Below are positions 8,336-17,573 of a stretch of 58,207 bases of DNA, piece after piece (positions within the stretch are counted from its first letter, which is position 1; each line of letters begins with the position of its first letter). Made by a program: the position numbers and the translations under genes. The DNA is from Actinomycetota bacterium. Lineage in GTDB: Bacteria > Actinomycetota > Acidimicrobiia > IMCC26256 > PALSA-555. The DNA lies in contig VGCA01000002.1 in NCBI GenBank assembly GCA_016870245.1, forward strand, positions 1 to 58,207, read 5' to 3'. The notes beneath the pieces are model-generated. The model saw only the letters and a program-made list of their open reading frames with translations, had not been told where the DNA came from and searched no databases.

Positions 8336-11300
8336 ATGTGGCACCACGACGCGGCCGGTTGGAGGTTGCAACAGCCGACCTTCGCCGGCGACGCGCTCGA
8401 TCCCGATCACGCGGCCGGTCCCTGGTTCGGCCACCGTTGGTTCGCCTACGACCTGATCCGCTGGGGCAGGCCCGACACGATCGTCGAGCTCGGAACGCAC
8501 TTCGGCGTCTCCTTCTTCGCGTTCTGCCAGGCCGTGCTCGACGAGCAGTATCCGGCGCGCCTCCACGCGGTCGACACGTGGGCGGGCGACCCTCACGCGG
8601 GTGAGTACGGCGAGGAGGTGATCGGGGTCGTGCACCGGGTCCGCGACGCCGCGTTCCCGGACCTCGACGTGACCCTCCACCGGTGCCTCTTCTCCGAGGC
8701 GCTCGACGCGTTCCCCGACGACTCGGTGGACCTCCTGCACATCGACGGCTTCCACACCTACGAGGCCGTGCAGGACGACTTCGAGACCTGGCTCCCGAAG
8801 GTCGCGCCGGGCGGGATCGTGCTGTTCCACGACGTCGCACCGGAGAGCGGGTACGGCAGCGCCGATTACTTCGCCGAGCTGGCGCAGCGCTTCCCGAACC
8901 TGTTCTTCCCGCACAGCTTCGGACTCGGTGTACTGGCTCCCAAGGGGACGGAGGGAGTCGAGTTCGTGTTCGGCGAGGAGCTCCGCCGGTGGCGTGGCTA
9001 CTACGAGGCCCGGGCCGGCGCGTATCTCGGTGATCTCGTCTCGCGTACCCAGGCGGGGATGATCGACGCGCGCGACGAGGCGCTCGCTGCGCAGGCCCGC
9101 ACGATCGACGGGCTCTGGGAGGTCGCGGCCGCTCGCGACGAACGGCTCCACGCCGCCGAGACGGCGATCCAGGACGAACGCGCGGCCACGGCGGCAGTGC
9201 TCACGTCTGGGCGGATTCGGGGCGGCGGCCTCTGGACGGTGGCCGCGCCGTTGGCGGAGCGCGTGCGCGGTCAGGCCGCGGCGGTGCGGAACGGGCCTGG
9301 GAGCAACGGTGTGGCGGGTCGGATCGCGCGCGTGCGGAGCGAGGCGCAACAGACCCTCCACGCGATCAGGGAACGGACGGTCGAGCGGGCGCAGGGCGTC
9401 GTCGGGCGGTCGTTCGACCCGCTGTTCTACCTGGTGCAGAACCCCGACGTCCGCCGCGTGGGCACCGATCCGCTGACGCACTACCTGCGGTTCGGATGGC
9501 GCGAGTGGCGTGACCCCCAGCCGCTCTTCTGGGGTCGGTGGTACTGCGAGACGCACCCCGACATCGCGGCCGCCCGGGTCGATCCCTTCCGCCACTACCT
9601 CGTCCACGGGTGGCGTGAGGGACGCGACCCTTCGCCGCTGTTCGAGAGTGCCTGGTACCTGGAGCGCTCGGCGGCGGCCCGGGACTCGGGGGTCAGCCCG
9701 CTCGAGCACTGGTGGCGGGAGGGCTACGCCGCCGGCGACTTCGTCCACCCCGAGCAGCAGCGCCGGGTCCTCGCGCTCGAGCCGGCGGATCCCACGCCGG
9801 CACGCGCCGTCGTCGGGTGCTCGTTGTCGGACCCGTCGGGCGAGACCCGCCCCGTCGCGCTCGACGACCTCGTGTACGCGGATGTCGACCTGGTCACCAT
9901 CGACCTCTGGGGCACGATGGTCACCCGGCGCCGGCCCGCCGACGCGGCCAAGCTCGCCACCGCACGGCGGATGCTGCTCGCCCACCGCGGTCGACTGCCG
10001 GCGGGGACCTCGCCCTGGTCGCTCCTCGACCAGCGGGTCGAGGTCGAGGCCAAGATCAGTGCGGCGAGCGACCACGGCGAGTACCACCTCGTCGACGTCC
10101 TGACCCAGGTGCTCGTCGACGCGCTCGGGCTCGGTGCCGATGCGGCCCGTCCGCTGGCCGAGTCCTTCGCCGCCGACGAGATCGCCGACGAGGTCGCGTG
10201 CACCGATCCCGTCGAGGCGCTGGTGGCCTTCCTCGACCGCGTGCAGACCCGCGCCGAGCCGCCGCGGGTCGCGGTGGTGTCCGATTACTCCATCGGCGAG
10301 GACGGGCTGCGTCGGGTGCTCGCGGCCTGCGGGTTCCCCGCGTCGCTGCCGCTGTACGTCTCGTGCGACCGCGGGGCGTCGAAGCGCCTCGACGGTGCGC
10401 TGTTCGAGGTGGTCCGGAGCGACCTCGGAGTCGAGGCAGGCCGGCACCTCCACCTCGGCGACAACCCGTGGTCCGACGGGCAGGCGCAGGTCGCGACGGG
10501 TGGCTGGGCGGCGGTCGTCGAGCTCAGCGCCTCGCCGCACCCGGGTCCCGGGTCCCTCGACCCCGCCCATCTCGGCGAGCTCGTCGACTCCCTCCGCCGT
10601 GACCTCCGGGCCTTCGTGCCGGTGCTGGTGCCGCCGTCCGACGACCCCCGTGTCGTACGGGCCGCCCAGGCGGGCGTGCTCTCCTCCTTCATGCCGGTGG
10701 CACTGGTCGCGGGCGCAATCGAGGAAGCGGTCGGTCGTGGCGTCGACCGGGTGCTGTACGCGAGCCGTGAGGGCGCCTTCCTCGCCCGGGTGCACGAGGT
10801 CGTGGCGCCCGCACTCGCCGGCGCCGCGGCTCCCCGCGCGGTGCACCTCGAGGTGAGCCGCCGGTCCACGTTCGGCCCGTCGCTCGCCGGGATGGACCGC
10901 GACGACCTCCTCCGCATGTGGCGCCAGTACCCGAACCAGTCGCCCCGGGCCCTGCTCACGTCGATGGGCCTGGACGCGGAGGCCTTCACCGGCGACGTGG
11001 CGGCGGCCGGGCTCCGGCTCGACGAGGTGATCGAGGGGGTGGCCGACGACCCGCGCATCGACCGTCTGCTCGGCGACCCCGCCTTCCGGGCCCGGGCCGG
11101 CGCGGCGTTGCAGCAGGCGCGCGACGGACTGCTCGCGTACCTGGGTGACCGGCTCCCGCCCGACGGCGACGTCGTCCTCGTCGACGTCGGCTGGCGCGGG
11201 ACCATCCAGGACAACCTCGCCCGGGTGCTCCCGGACCGGCACACCGTGGGCCTGTACCTCGGCCTGTTCCCGTTCCTCAACCCGCAGCCGCCCAACGTGG

Positions 11301-11860
11301 AGAAGCGCGCCGTCGCGTTCGACGCCAACGCGGGGCACGACTTCGGCTACGCCGATCCGCCGGCAGTGGTGGAGGCGCCGTGGACCCCCGACCTCCCGTC
11401 GGTCGTGGGGTACCGGCGGCACGGTGCGGCGGCCGAGCCCGTGTTCGAGGCGGAAGGGCCGCGTGCGATCGCCGCGGTCCACGCCTTCCAGGACGCCGTC
11501 GTCGGCGCGGCGCCCCTCGTCGCCGGGTGGATGGTCGCCCACGGGGTCACGACCGAGATGCTGCGCGAGCAGACCGAACGCGTGCTTCGTGAGTACTATG
11601 CGAGCCCGCCGGGCGGCGTGGCCGACATCTGGTTCGACTCGACGCACGACGACACGTTCGGCGCGTTGAACGACACGCCGTACGCGAAGCGCCTGCCGCC
11701 CCGGTCGATCCTCGCCGACGTGGGAGTGATCGGGAACCCGGCGCCCGTGACCGACGAGGAGCGGGACAGTCGGTGGGGCCCGGGCTACCGGGCATGGCTG
11801 CCGGTGAGGGCGCTGGAGGTGCTCAGGCAGATGTGGGGTGAGTTCGCTGAACGAGGTTGA
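8336..11860 (+). CDS. Multidomain glycan enzyme: SAM methyltransferase, coiled coil, 3 repeats, HAD phosphatase and PRTase-like (ribofuranosyltransferase-like) domain
   Basis: VELGTHFG, AVDTW, LLHIDGFHTYEAV, LFHD. Three F..WY....PD....DP..HY...G repeats. IDLWGT, VVSD, HLGDNPWSD. ASREG and VDVGWRGTIQ. Confidence 0.8.
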   Translation: MWHHDAAGWRLQQPTFAGDALDPDHAAGPWFGHRWFAYDLIRWGRPDTIVELGTHFGVSFFAFCQAVLDEQYPARLHAVDTWAGDPHAGEYGEEVIGVVHRVRDAAFPDLDVTLHRCLFSEALDAFPDDSVDLLHIDGFHTYEAVQDDFETWLPKVAPGGIVLFHDVAPESGYGSADYFAELAQRFPNLFFPHSFGLGVLAPKGTEGVEFVFGEELRRWRGYYEARAGAYLGDLVSRTQAGMIDARDEALAAQARTIDGLWEVAAARDERLHAAETAIQDERAATAAVLTSGRIRGGGLWTVAAPLAERVRGQAAAVRNGPGSNGVAGRIARVRSEAQQTLHAIRERTVERAQGVVGRSFDPLFYLVQNPDVRRVGTDPLTHYLRFGWREWRDPQPLFWGRWYCETHPDIAAARVDPFRHYLVHGWREGRDPSPLFESAWYLERSAAARDSGVSPLEHWWREGYAAGDFVHPEQQRRVLALEPADPTPARAVVGCSLSDPSGETRPVALDDLVYADVDLVTIDLWGTMVTRRRPADAAKLATARRMLLAHRGRLPAGTSPWSLLDQRVEVEAKISAASDHGEYHLVDVLTQVLVDALGLGADAARPLAESFAADEIADEVACTDPVEALVAFLDRVQTRAEPPRVAVVSDYSIGEDGLRRVLAACGFPASLPLYVSCDRGASKRLDGALFEVVRSDLGVEAGRHLHLGDNPWSDGQAQVATGGWAAVVELSASPHPGPGSLDPAHLGELVDSLRRDLRAFVPVLVPPSDDPRVVRAAQAGVLSSFMPVALVAGAIEEAVGRGVDRVLYASREGAFLARVHEVVAPALAGAAAPRAVHLEVSRRSTFGPSLAGMDRDDLLRMWRQYPNQSPRALLTSMGLDAEAFTGDVAAAGLRLDEVIEGVADDPRIDRLLGDPAFRARAGAALQQARDGLLAYLGDRLPPDGDVVLVDVGWRGTIQDNLARVLPDRHTVGLYLGLFPFLNPQPPNVEKRAVAFDANAGHDFGYADPPAVVEAPWTPDLPSVVGYRRHGAAAEPVFEAEGPRAIAAVHAFQDAVVGAAPLVAGWMVAHGVTTEMLREQTERVLREYYASPPGGVADIWFDSTHDDTFGALNDTPYAKRLPPRSILADVGVIGNPAPVTDEERDSRWGPGYRAWLPVRALEVLRQMWGEFAERG

Positions 11861-13034
11861 GCCGGCCGGCCCCGGCGCGGCGGTCACTCCCGACGACCCC
11901 TACCTGCACGAGTACTTCTCGCGGTTCAGCCCCTCGATCTCGGCGCCGCAAGCGCCGTTGCGGGTGGCGTTCCTCGTGGGGTCGCTGTCCATCAGCGGGG
12001 GCACCTATGTGATCCTGCAGCACGCGCACTACCTGATGCGCCAGGGCGTCGAGGTCACGCTGCTCGTGAAGTTCCCGGCCCCGGGTGACGACCACGTGTG
12101 GCACCCGGCGCTGCGCGACCTCCCGTCGTACGCGCTGAAGGACGCGCCCGAGAGCCTCGAGTTCGACCTCGCGATCGCCACATTCTGGCGGACCGTCTAC
12201 GCACTCCCGAAGGTGCGGAGCCGGCACTACGCCTACCTGGTCCAATCGATCGAATCCCGCTTCTACGCCGGCACCGAGGACGCCGAAGCCGTCCCGCTGG
12301 CCGAGCTCACCTACACGTTCGACCTTCCGGTGATCACGATCACCCACTGGATGCAGGCGTACCTTGCCCTCCGTCACCGTCGCCCCGCGTTCCTCGTGCG
12401 CAACGGCATCCGCAAGGAGATCTACGCGTCGGTCGGCCCGCGGCTCGCGGTCGATCCCGATCGTCCGTTCCGAGTCCTGCTCGAAGGCGCGGTCGACGTC
12501 GGGATGAAGAACATCCCCGCCTCCGTCGCGGTCGCGCGGGCAGCGGGGGCCGACGAGGTCTGGCTGCTGACCCCGAGTGCCGTGACGGAGGTCGACGGCG
12601 TCGACCGGGTGTTCAGCCAGGTGCCCATCGAGGAGACGTCGGTGATCTACCGGTCGTGCCCTGTATTGCTCAAGCTCAGCCTCGTCGAGGGCATGTACGG
12701 GCCCCCGCTCGAGATGTTCCACTGCGGCGGCACCGTGGTGACGAACGACGTGACGGGGAGCGACGAGTACGTCCGCGACGGGGAGAACGGTCTCGTCGTG
12801 CCCACCCACGACGACGCCGCCGCCGTCGCGGCCCTGCGCCGGCTGAAGGACGAGCCCGAGCTCCTCGCCCGACTCCGGGCCGGCGCACTGCGAACGGCGC
12901 GGCACTGGCCGGATTGGGACCACTCCTCGGAGGAGTTCTGGGATGTCGTCCGCACGATCGCGGAGCAGCCGGAGCCGGACAGCCTGGCGACGATCCTCGC
13001 CATCCGCAGTGCCGGCGTCGACCTCGGCATGTGA
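11838..13034 (+). CDS. GT4-like (GT-B) glycosyltransferase
   Basis: SISGGTYVI, IATFWRT, YLVQSIE and EGMYGPPLEMF (EX7E). Confidence 0.85.
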   Translation: MSSLNEVEPAGPGAAVTPDDPYLHEYFSRFSPSISAPQAPLRVAFLVGSLSISGGTYVILQHAHYLMRQGVEVTLLVKFPAPGDDHVWHPALRDLPSYALKDAPESLEFDLAIATFWRTVYALPKVRSRHYAYLVQSIESRFYAGTEDAEAVPLAELTYTFDLPVITITHWMQAYLALRHRRPAFLVRNGIRKEIYASVGPRLAVDPDRPFRVLLEGAVDVGMKNIPASVAVARAAGADEVWLLTPSAVTEVDGVDRVFSQVPIEETSVIYRSCPVLLKLSLVEGMYGPPLEMFHCGGTVVTNDVTGSDEYVRDGENGLVVPTHDDAAAVAALRRLKDEPELLARLRAGALRTARHWPDWDHSSEEFWDVVRTIAEQPEPDSLATILAIRSAGVDLGM

Positions 13035-13083
13035 CGTACGTGGTCGGGGCGCCGGGAAGGTCATCCGCTAGGTTGGGACCGAG

Positions 13084-13908
13084 ATGAGTCGGGTCTCGGA
13101 ACTCGTGGAGCGCCGTGAGCTCCTCGTCCACCTCACGCTGCGTGAGCTCCGCAGCCGCTACAAGAAGTCGGTCCTCGGCTGGACGTGGTCGCTGCTCAAC
13201 CCGCTCGCCAGCGTCATCATCTACTGGCTGGTCTTCTCCGTCTTCCTGGAGGTGGAGCCGCCCATCGGCGAGCCCAGCGGTCTGCAGAACTTCGTGCTCT
13301 ACCTGCTCTGCGGGCTGGTGCTGTGGAACTTCTTCGCGGGCTGCGTGAACCTCTCGCTCGACGCCTTCCTGGGCAACGCGAACCTGATCAAGAAGGTGTA
13401 CTTCCCGCGCGAGCTGCTCGTCGTGTCGGGCGTGGCGTCCCTCCTCGTCTCGCTCTTCATCGAAGTGGGCGTGCTGTCGGTGATCCTGTTGATCGCGGGC
13501 AACATGGTGATCCCGTGGCTCCCCGTGGCCATCTTCCAGATCGCCGTCCTGACCGTGTTCGTCATCGGCATCGGCCTGTTCCTGAGCGTCGCCAACGTGT
13601 ACTTCCGCGACGTGAAGCACTTCGTGGCGATCGCGATGCAGGCGCTCTTCTACTCCGCACCGATTGTCTACCCCATCTCGGTGGTCCCCGACGAGGTCGA
13701 CTTCCTCGGGAGAGAGATCCCGATCGGCGAGATCTACCGACTGAACCCACTGGTCCACTTCATCGAGAACTTCCGAGCGGTGCTCTACGACCTCCGGTTC
13801 CCACCGCTGCGGTCCACGCTCTACCTCGTCGCCTGGGCGCTCGTCGTCCTCGTCCTGGGCTGGCGGTTCTTCACCCGCCACGACGGGCGCCTCCCGGAGG
13901 AGGTGTGA
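13084..13908 (+). CDS. wzm: Polysaccharide ABC exporter permease
   Basis: RYKKSVLGWTWSLLNP, LIKKVYFPRE, YFRDV, PIVYP and LNPL; 6 TM segments. Confidence 0.93.
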   Translation: MSRVSELVERRELLVHLTLRELRSRYKKSVLGWTWSLLNPLASVIIYWLVFSVFLEVEPPIGEPSGLQNFVLYLLCGLVLWNFFAGCVNLSLDAFLGNANLIKKVYFPRELLVVSGVASLLVSLFIEVGVLSVILLIAGNMVIPWLPVAIFQIAVLTVFVIGIGLFLSVANVYFRDVKHFVAIAMQALFYSAPIVYPISVVPDEVDFLGREIPIGEIYRLNPLVHFIENFRAVLYDLRFPPLRSTLYLVAWALVVLVLGWRFFTRHDGRLPEEV

Positions 13909-15125
13909 GCGCCGCGGCGGCCGTCTCGATCGAGTCGGTGTCGAAGCGGTTCCGGCGCTACCACGAGCGCAACCAGTCGCTGAAGGCGGCCGCGATGCGC
14001 AAGGGTCGCGCGCGCTTCGAGGAGTTCATGGCGCTCGACGACGTCTCGTTCAAGGTCGAGGAGGGCGTCTCGTTCGGTCTGATCGGCGAGAACGGCTCGG
14101 GGAAGAGCACGCTGCTGAAGTGCATCGCCAAGATCCTCACGCCGGACGCCGGGCGCGTCGTCACGCGTGGATCGGTGTCCGCGCTCCTCGAGCTGGGCGC
14201 CGGATTCCACCCTGAGCTGAGCGGCCGCGAGAACGTCTATCTCAACGGCGCCATCCTGGGGATGAGCAAGAAGCAGATCGACGCCCGGTTCGACGACATC
14301 GTGGCCTTCTCGGGGATCGAGCCCTTCATCGACTCGCCCGTGAAGAACTACTCGTCGGGGATGTACGTCCGGCTCGGCTTCGCCGTCGCCATCAGCGTCG
14401 ACCCCGAGATCCTGCTGGTCGACGAGGTGCTGGCGGTGGGCGACGCGGAGTTCCAGCAGAAGTGCACCGACAAGATCCTCGACTTCAAGCGCGAAGGGCG
14501 CACGGTCATCGTCGTGTCGCACTCGATGCCGGCCGTGCGCAACCTGTGCGACCAGGTCGCACTGCTCGAGCACGGGCACCTCGTCGACGTCGGAAAGCCC
14601 GTCGACATCATCGACGAGTACCTGGTGGATGTCTTCGCCGACCGGGAGATCGACCAGACGGGCGGCGCCCGCTGGGGTTCGGGCGAGATCAGGCTGGAGG
14701 ACTTCTCGATCCTCGACGAGGCCGGAAGGCCGGCGGAGCACATCCGTACGGGCGACCCGGTGATCCTGCGATTCCGCTACGCCGCCCGTGAGCCGGTTCG
14801 GCGACCGCTCTTCGGCGCGTCGATCTTCTCGGCCGACGGCGTGTACGTGGCCGGCCCCAACACGCGGGATGCCGACGTGGTGTTCGACACGCTCGATGGC
14901 TCGGGCACGCTCGACTTCCGGGTCGACCGCCTGCCGCTGGTTCCCGGCACGTACGACGTGACCGCGGCCATCCACGACCAGACGGGGACCCACGCGTTCG
15001 ACTACCGGGAGAAGGTGCTCCGGTTCAACGTCGAGCTGGGGACCCCGCGTGAGAGCTGGGGCATCGTGTCCCTCGCCGGTGAGTGGGACGTCACGGCGAG
15101 CGGGGCGTCGCCCGCGCGCGGCTGA
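13905..15125 (+). CDS. wzt: Polysaccharide ABC exporter ATPase with C-terminal carbohydrate-binding-type extension
   Basis: GTG overlaps the wzm stop. GENGSGKST, YSSGM, LLVDEVLAVGD, VSH. About 160-aa beta-rich tail starting RWGSGE. Confidence 0.93.
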   Translation: MSAAAAVSIESVSKRFRRYHERNQSLKAAAMRKGRARFEEFMALDDVSFKVEEGVSFGLIGENGSGKSTLLKCIAKILTPDAGRVVTRGSVSALLELGAGFHPELSGRENVYLNGAILGMSKKQIDARFDDIVAFSGIEPFIDSPVKNYSSGMYVRLGFAVAISVDPEILLVDEVLAVGDAEFQQKCTDKILDFKREGRTVIVVSHSMPAVRNLCDQVALLEHGHLVDVGKPVDIIDEYLVDVFADREIDQTGGARWGSGEIRLEDFSILDEAGRPAEHIRTGDPVILRFRYAAREPVRRPLFGASIFSADGVYVAGPNTRDADVVFDTLDGSGTLDFRVDRLPLVPGTYDVTAAIHDQTGTHAFDYREKVLRFNVELGTPRESWGIVSLAGEWDVTASGASPARG

Positions 15126-15128
15126 TCC

Positions 15129-17573
15129 GTGGACGAGCGGGCGACCGCGCTGGCGGAGCTCGGCGCCCGGTGCGCCGGCCCCGACGTCGACCTCCTGACC
15201 CTCGACGTGTTCGACACGGTCTTGGTGCGGCGGGTCTCCCGACCGATCGACGCGTTCCTCGTCCTCGGGCACCGCCTGGAGCCGCTCGACCTCCTGCCCC
15301 ACGGCGTGACGCCGGCTGCCTTCGCCCGACTCCGGCGCCTGGCGGAGGCCCGGGCCCGCGAGCGGGCGGTGGCCGAGGGCCGCAGCGTCGAGATCTCGCT
15401 CGAGGACGTCTACGCGGAGATCGCCGACGTGACCCCGGAGGTCCGGTCCCGCCTGGCCGACGCGGAGCTGCGGGTCGAGCGCTCGCTCTGCTTCGTCGAC
15501 CCGGCGATCGTCGAGGTGGCGGACGCCGCCCGCGCCCACGGGTGCACCGTGGCCCTGGTGTCCGACACGTACTTCTCGGCGTCGCAGCTGGACTACCTCG
15601 TGGGGGGTCGGCTCGACGCGACCGCGGTGTTCGCGTCGAGCGAGCACGGCGTCGGAAAGGGCCAGGGGCTCTTCGACATCGTCCTCGACCGGCTCGACAT
15701 CGAGGCGGGTCGCGCGGTGCACGCCGGTGACAACGAGCACGCCGATGTGGCTCCCGCCGAGCGCATCGGCATCCGGGCCTTCCTCTTGCCGCGGGTGTCG
15801 GGCGCGCTGACCGATCGGATGGTCGACGAGGGACTCGGGCTCGACTCGCCGCAGCACCCGGCAGTCGCGCCGCCGCGGTTCGACGTGGACGCCGGTGACC
15901 ATGGCCTCGCCGGGCTGCGGGAGCGGGCCGTCTCCGCCGCATCGGTCGGTGACGACGCGCTCGCCCCCTACCGGGTGATCGGCGCCGGCGTCCTGGGCCC
16001 GGTCTTCGCGGGCTTCGCGGAGTGGGTGGTCCGCGAAGCCGTCGCGCTCGGCCATGGGCGCGTCTACTGCCTGATGCGTGAGGGTGCGTTGCTCGCGCCG
16101 CTCGTCGACACCGTGGCCGAGGCGCTGGGCGCCGACGTGCGCGCGGCGCCGCTCTGGGTGTCGCGCCACGTGGCGGTGCGGGCGGCCATCGGCGGTCCCG
16201 ACGAGATCGACGAGGCGCTCCTTCGATCGTTCCTGGTCCGGCGTCGGGTCCCGACGGCGCGGGCACTCGCGGCGTCGCTCGGCGTGCCGGTCCGGCGCAT
16301 CGCCGGGCGCGGCGAGTCGGATGTGCCGCTCGACGACGTCATGCTGGCGAATCGGGTGGTCGCGCGCATCCTGGCCGATGGTCGGGCCCGTCGCGCGATC
16401 GCGACGGCGGCGGCCGAAGAGCGCGAGCGCCTCGCGCGCTACCTCGGTACGGCGCTCCACCCCGACGACCGCGAGGTCCTCGTCGTCGACCTGGGCTGGA
16501 ACGCGACCATCCAGGTGGGGCTCGAACGGGCGCTCGCCCGCATGGGCCACCCTCGTCCGGTCGTCGGCCGCTACCTCGCGACCACGCGCGAGGTGGTGGG
16601 GCCCGCGCTCGCCGGCGTGCGCACCCGGGGATTCCTCGTCGACGCCGGGGTCCCCGAAGGTGACGGCGTCGCCATCGTTCGCAACCCCGAGGTGCTCGAG
16701 ATGGTGACCCTCCCCGCGCAGGGATCGGTCGTGGGGTACTCGGCGTCGGGCGAGCCGCAGTGCACCGCCCGGCCGGCGCCGGCCGCGCAGCTCGCCCAGG
16801 AGGCGGCGGTGCGCGACGGGATCTCCACCTTCGCGACGACGTTCCTGCGGAGCCGGGCCCTGCACCCCGAGCTCGGGCTCGCCGGCGCCGCCCCGGCGCT
16901 GCGGGCGATCCTTCGCCGGTTCCTCGCCCGTCCGACCGTCGGCGAGTTCGCCGCGTTCGCCGGCTGGCTCCACGAGGACAACTACGGGTCCGAGGCCGCC
17001 GCGGCGCTCGGCGCGGTGGACCCGGCCCTCGACCTCGACTACGTGAGTGCCGACGACCTGTACCGACTGCCGCAGCACTGGTGGTGGTGGCCGGCAGGGA
17101 TCGTCGCGGGCCGGGCCCCCGATCTCGCGGCGGGGGCCGACGCGATCCTGGACGGTCGGCCGCCGGGCGCAGTGGGGGAGGACCACCGGGCCGGGTGGCG
17201 GGTCGCGCTCGACGTCGAGTCGTCACTCGTCGCGGGTGAGCACCTCTCGACGGAGGCGATCACCTTCAACCGGAGCGGCCGCGCCCTGGTGCGCCATGTC
17301 TCGGTCGTGCATGCGCCCACCGCGTTGCGGTGGCGGGTGCCTGCGGACCGCGAGGTGCGGGTCGATCGCATCCGGACGGTCTTCTCCACCCGCGGCCGGC
17401 CGGATACGGTCGTCGACGTGCAGCTGCCCGACGACGCCTGGACGAGCGAGACCGACGACCCGACGGGGGTCCGGACCCTCACCTTCGCGTCCAGTCGGTT
17501 GCCCGACGGCCACGTCTACCGCACCGAGTCGGTGTGCTACCTCTCCCGCGGGCCGGGGGCGGACCGTGCCTGA
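15129..17573 (+). CDS. HAD phosphatase plus PRTase-like protein (candidate dual-activity ribofuranosyltransferase)
   Basis: LDVFDT, LVSDTY, SSE..K, HAGDNEHAD; then LGP, LMREG, VSR and VDLGWNATIQ. Confidence 0.78.
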   Translation: MDERATALAELGARCAGPDVDLLTLDVFDTVLVRRVSRPIDAFLVLGHRLEPLDLLPHGVTPAAFARLRRLAEARARERAVAEGRSVEISLEDVYAEIADVTPEVRSRLADAELRVERSLCFVDPAIVEVADAARAHGCTVALVSDTYFSASQLDYLVGGRLDATAVFASSEHGVGKGQGLFDIVLDRLDIEAGRAVHAGDNEHADVAPAERIGIRAFLLPRVSGALTDRMVDEGLGLDSPQHPAVAPPRFDVDAGDHGLAGLRERAVSAASVGDDALAPYRVIGAGVLGPVFAGFAEWVVREAVALGHGRVYCLMREGALLAPLVDTVAEALGADVRAAPLWVSRHVAVRAAIGGPDEIDEALLRSFLVRRRVPTARALAASLGVPVRRIAGRGESDVPLDDVMLANRVVARILADGRARRAIATAAAEERERLARYLGTALHPDDREVLVVDLGWNATIQVGLERALARMGHPRPVVGRYLATTREVVGPALAGVRTRGFLVDAGVPEGDGVAIVRNPEVLEMVTLPAQGSVVGYSASGEPQCTARPAPAAQLAQEAAVRDGISTFATTFLRSRALHPELGLAGAAPALRAILRRFLARPTVGEFAAFAGWLHEDNYGSEAAAALGAVDPALDLDYVSADDLYRLPQHWWWWPAGIVAGRAPDLAAGADAILDGRPPGAVGEDHRAGWRVALDVESSLVAGEHLSTEAITFNRSGRALVRHVSVVHAPTALRWRVPADREVRVDRIRTVFSTRGRPDTVVDVQLPDDAWTSETDDPTGVRTLTFASSRLPDGHVYRTESVCYLSRGPGADRA

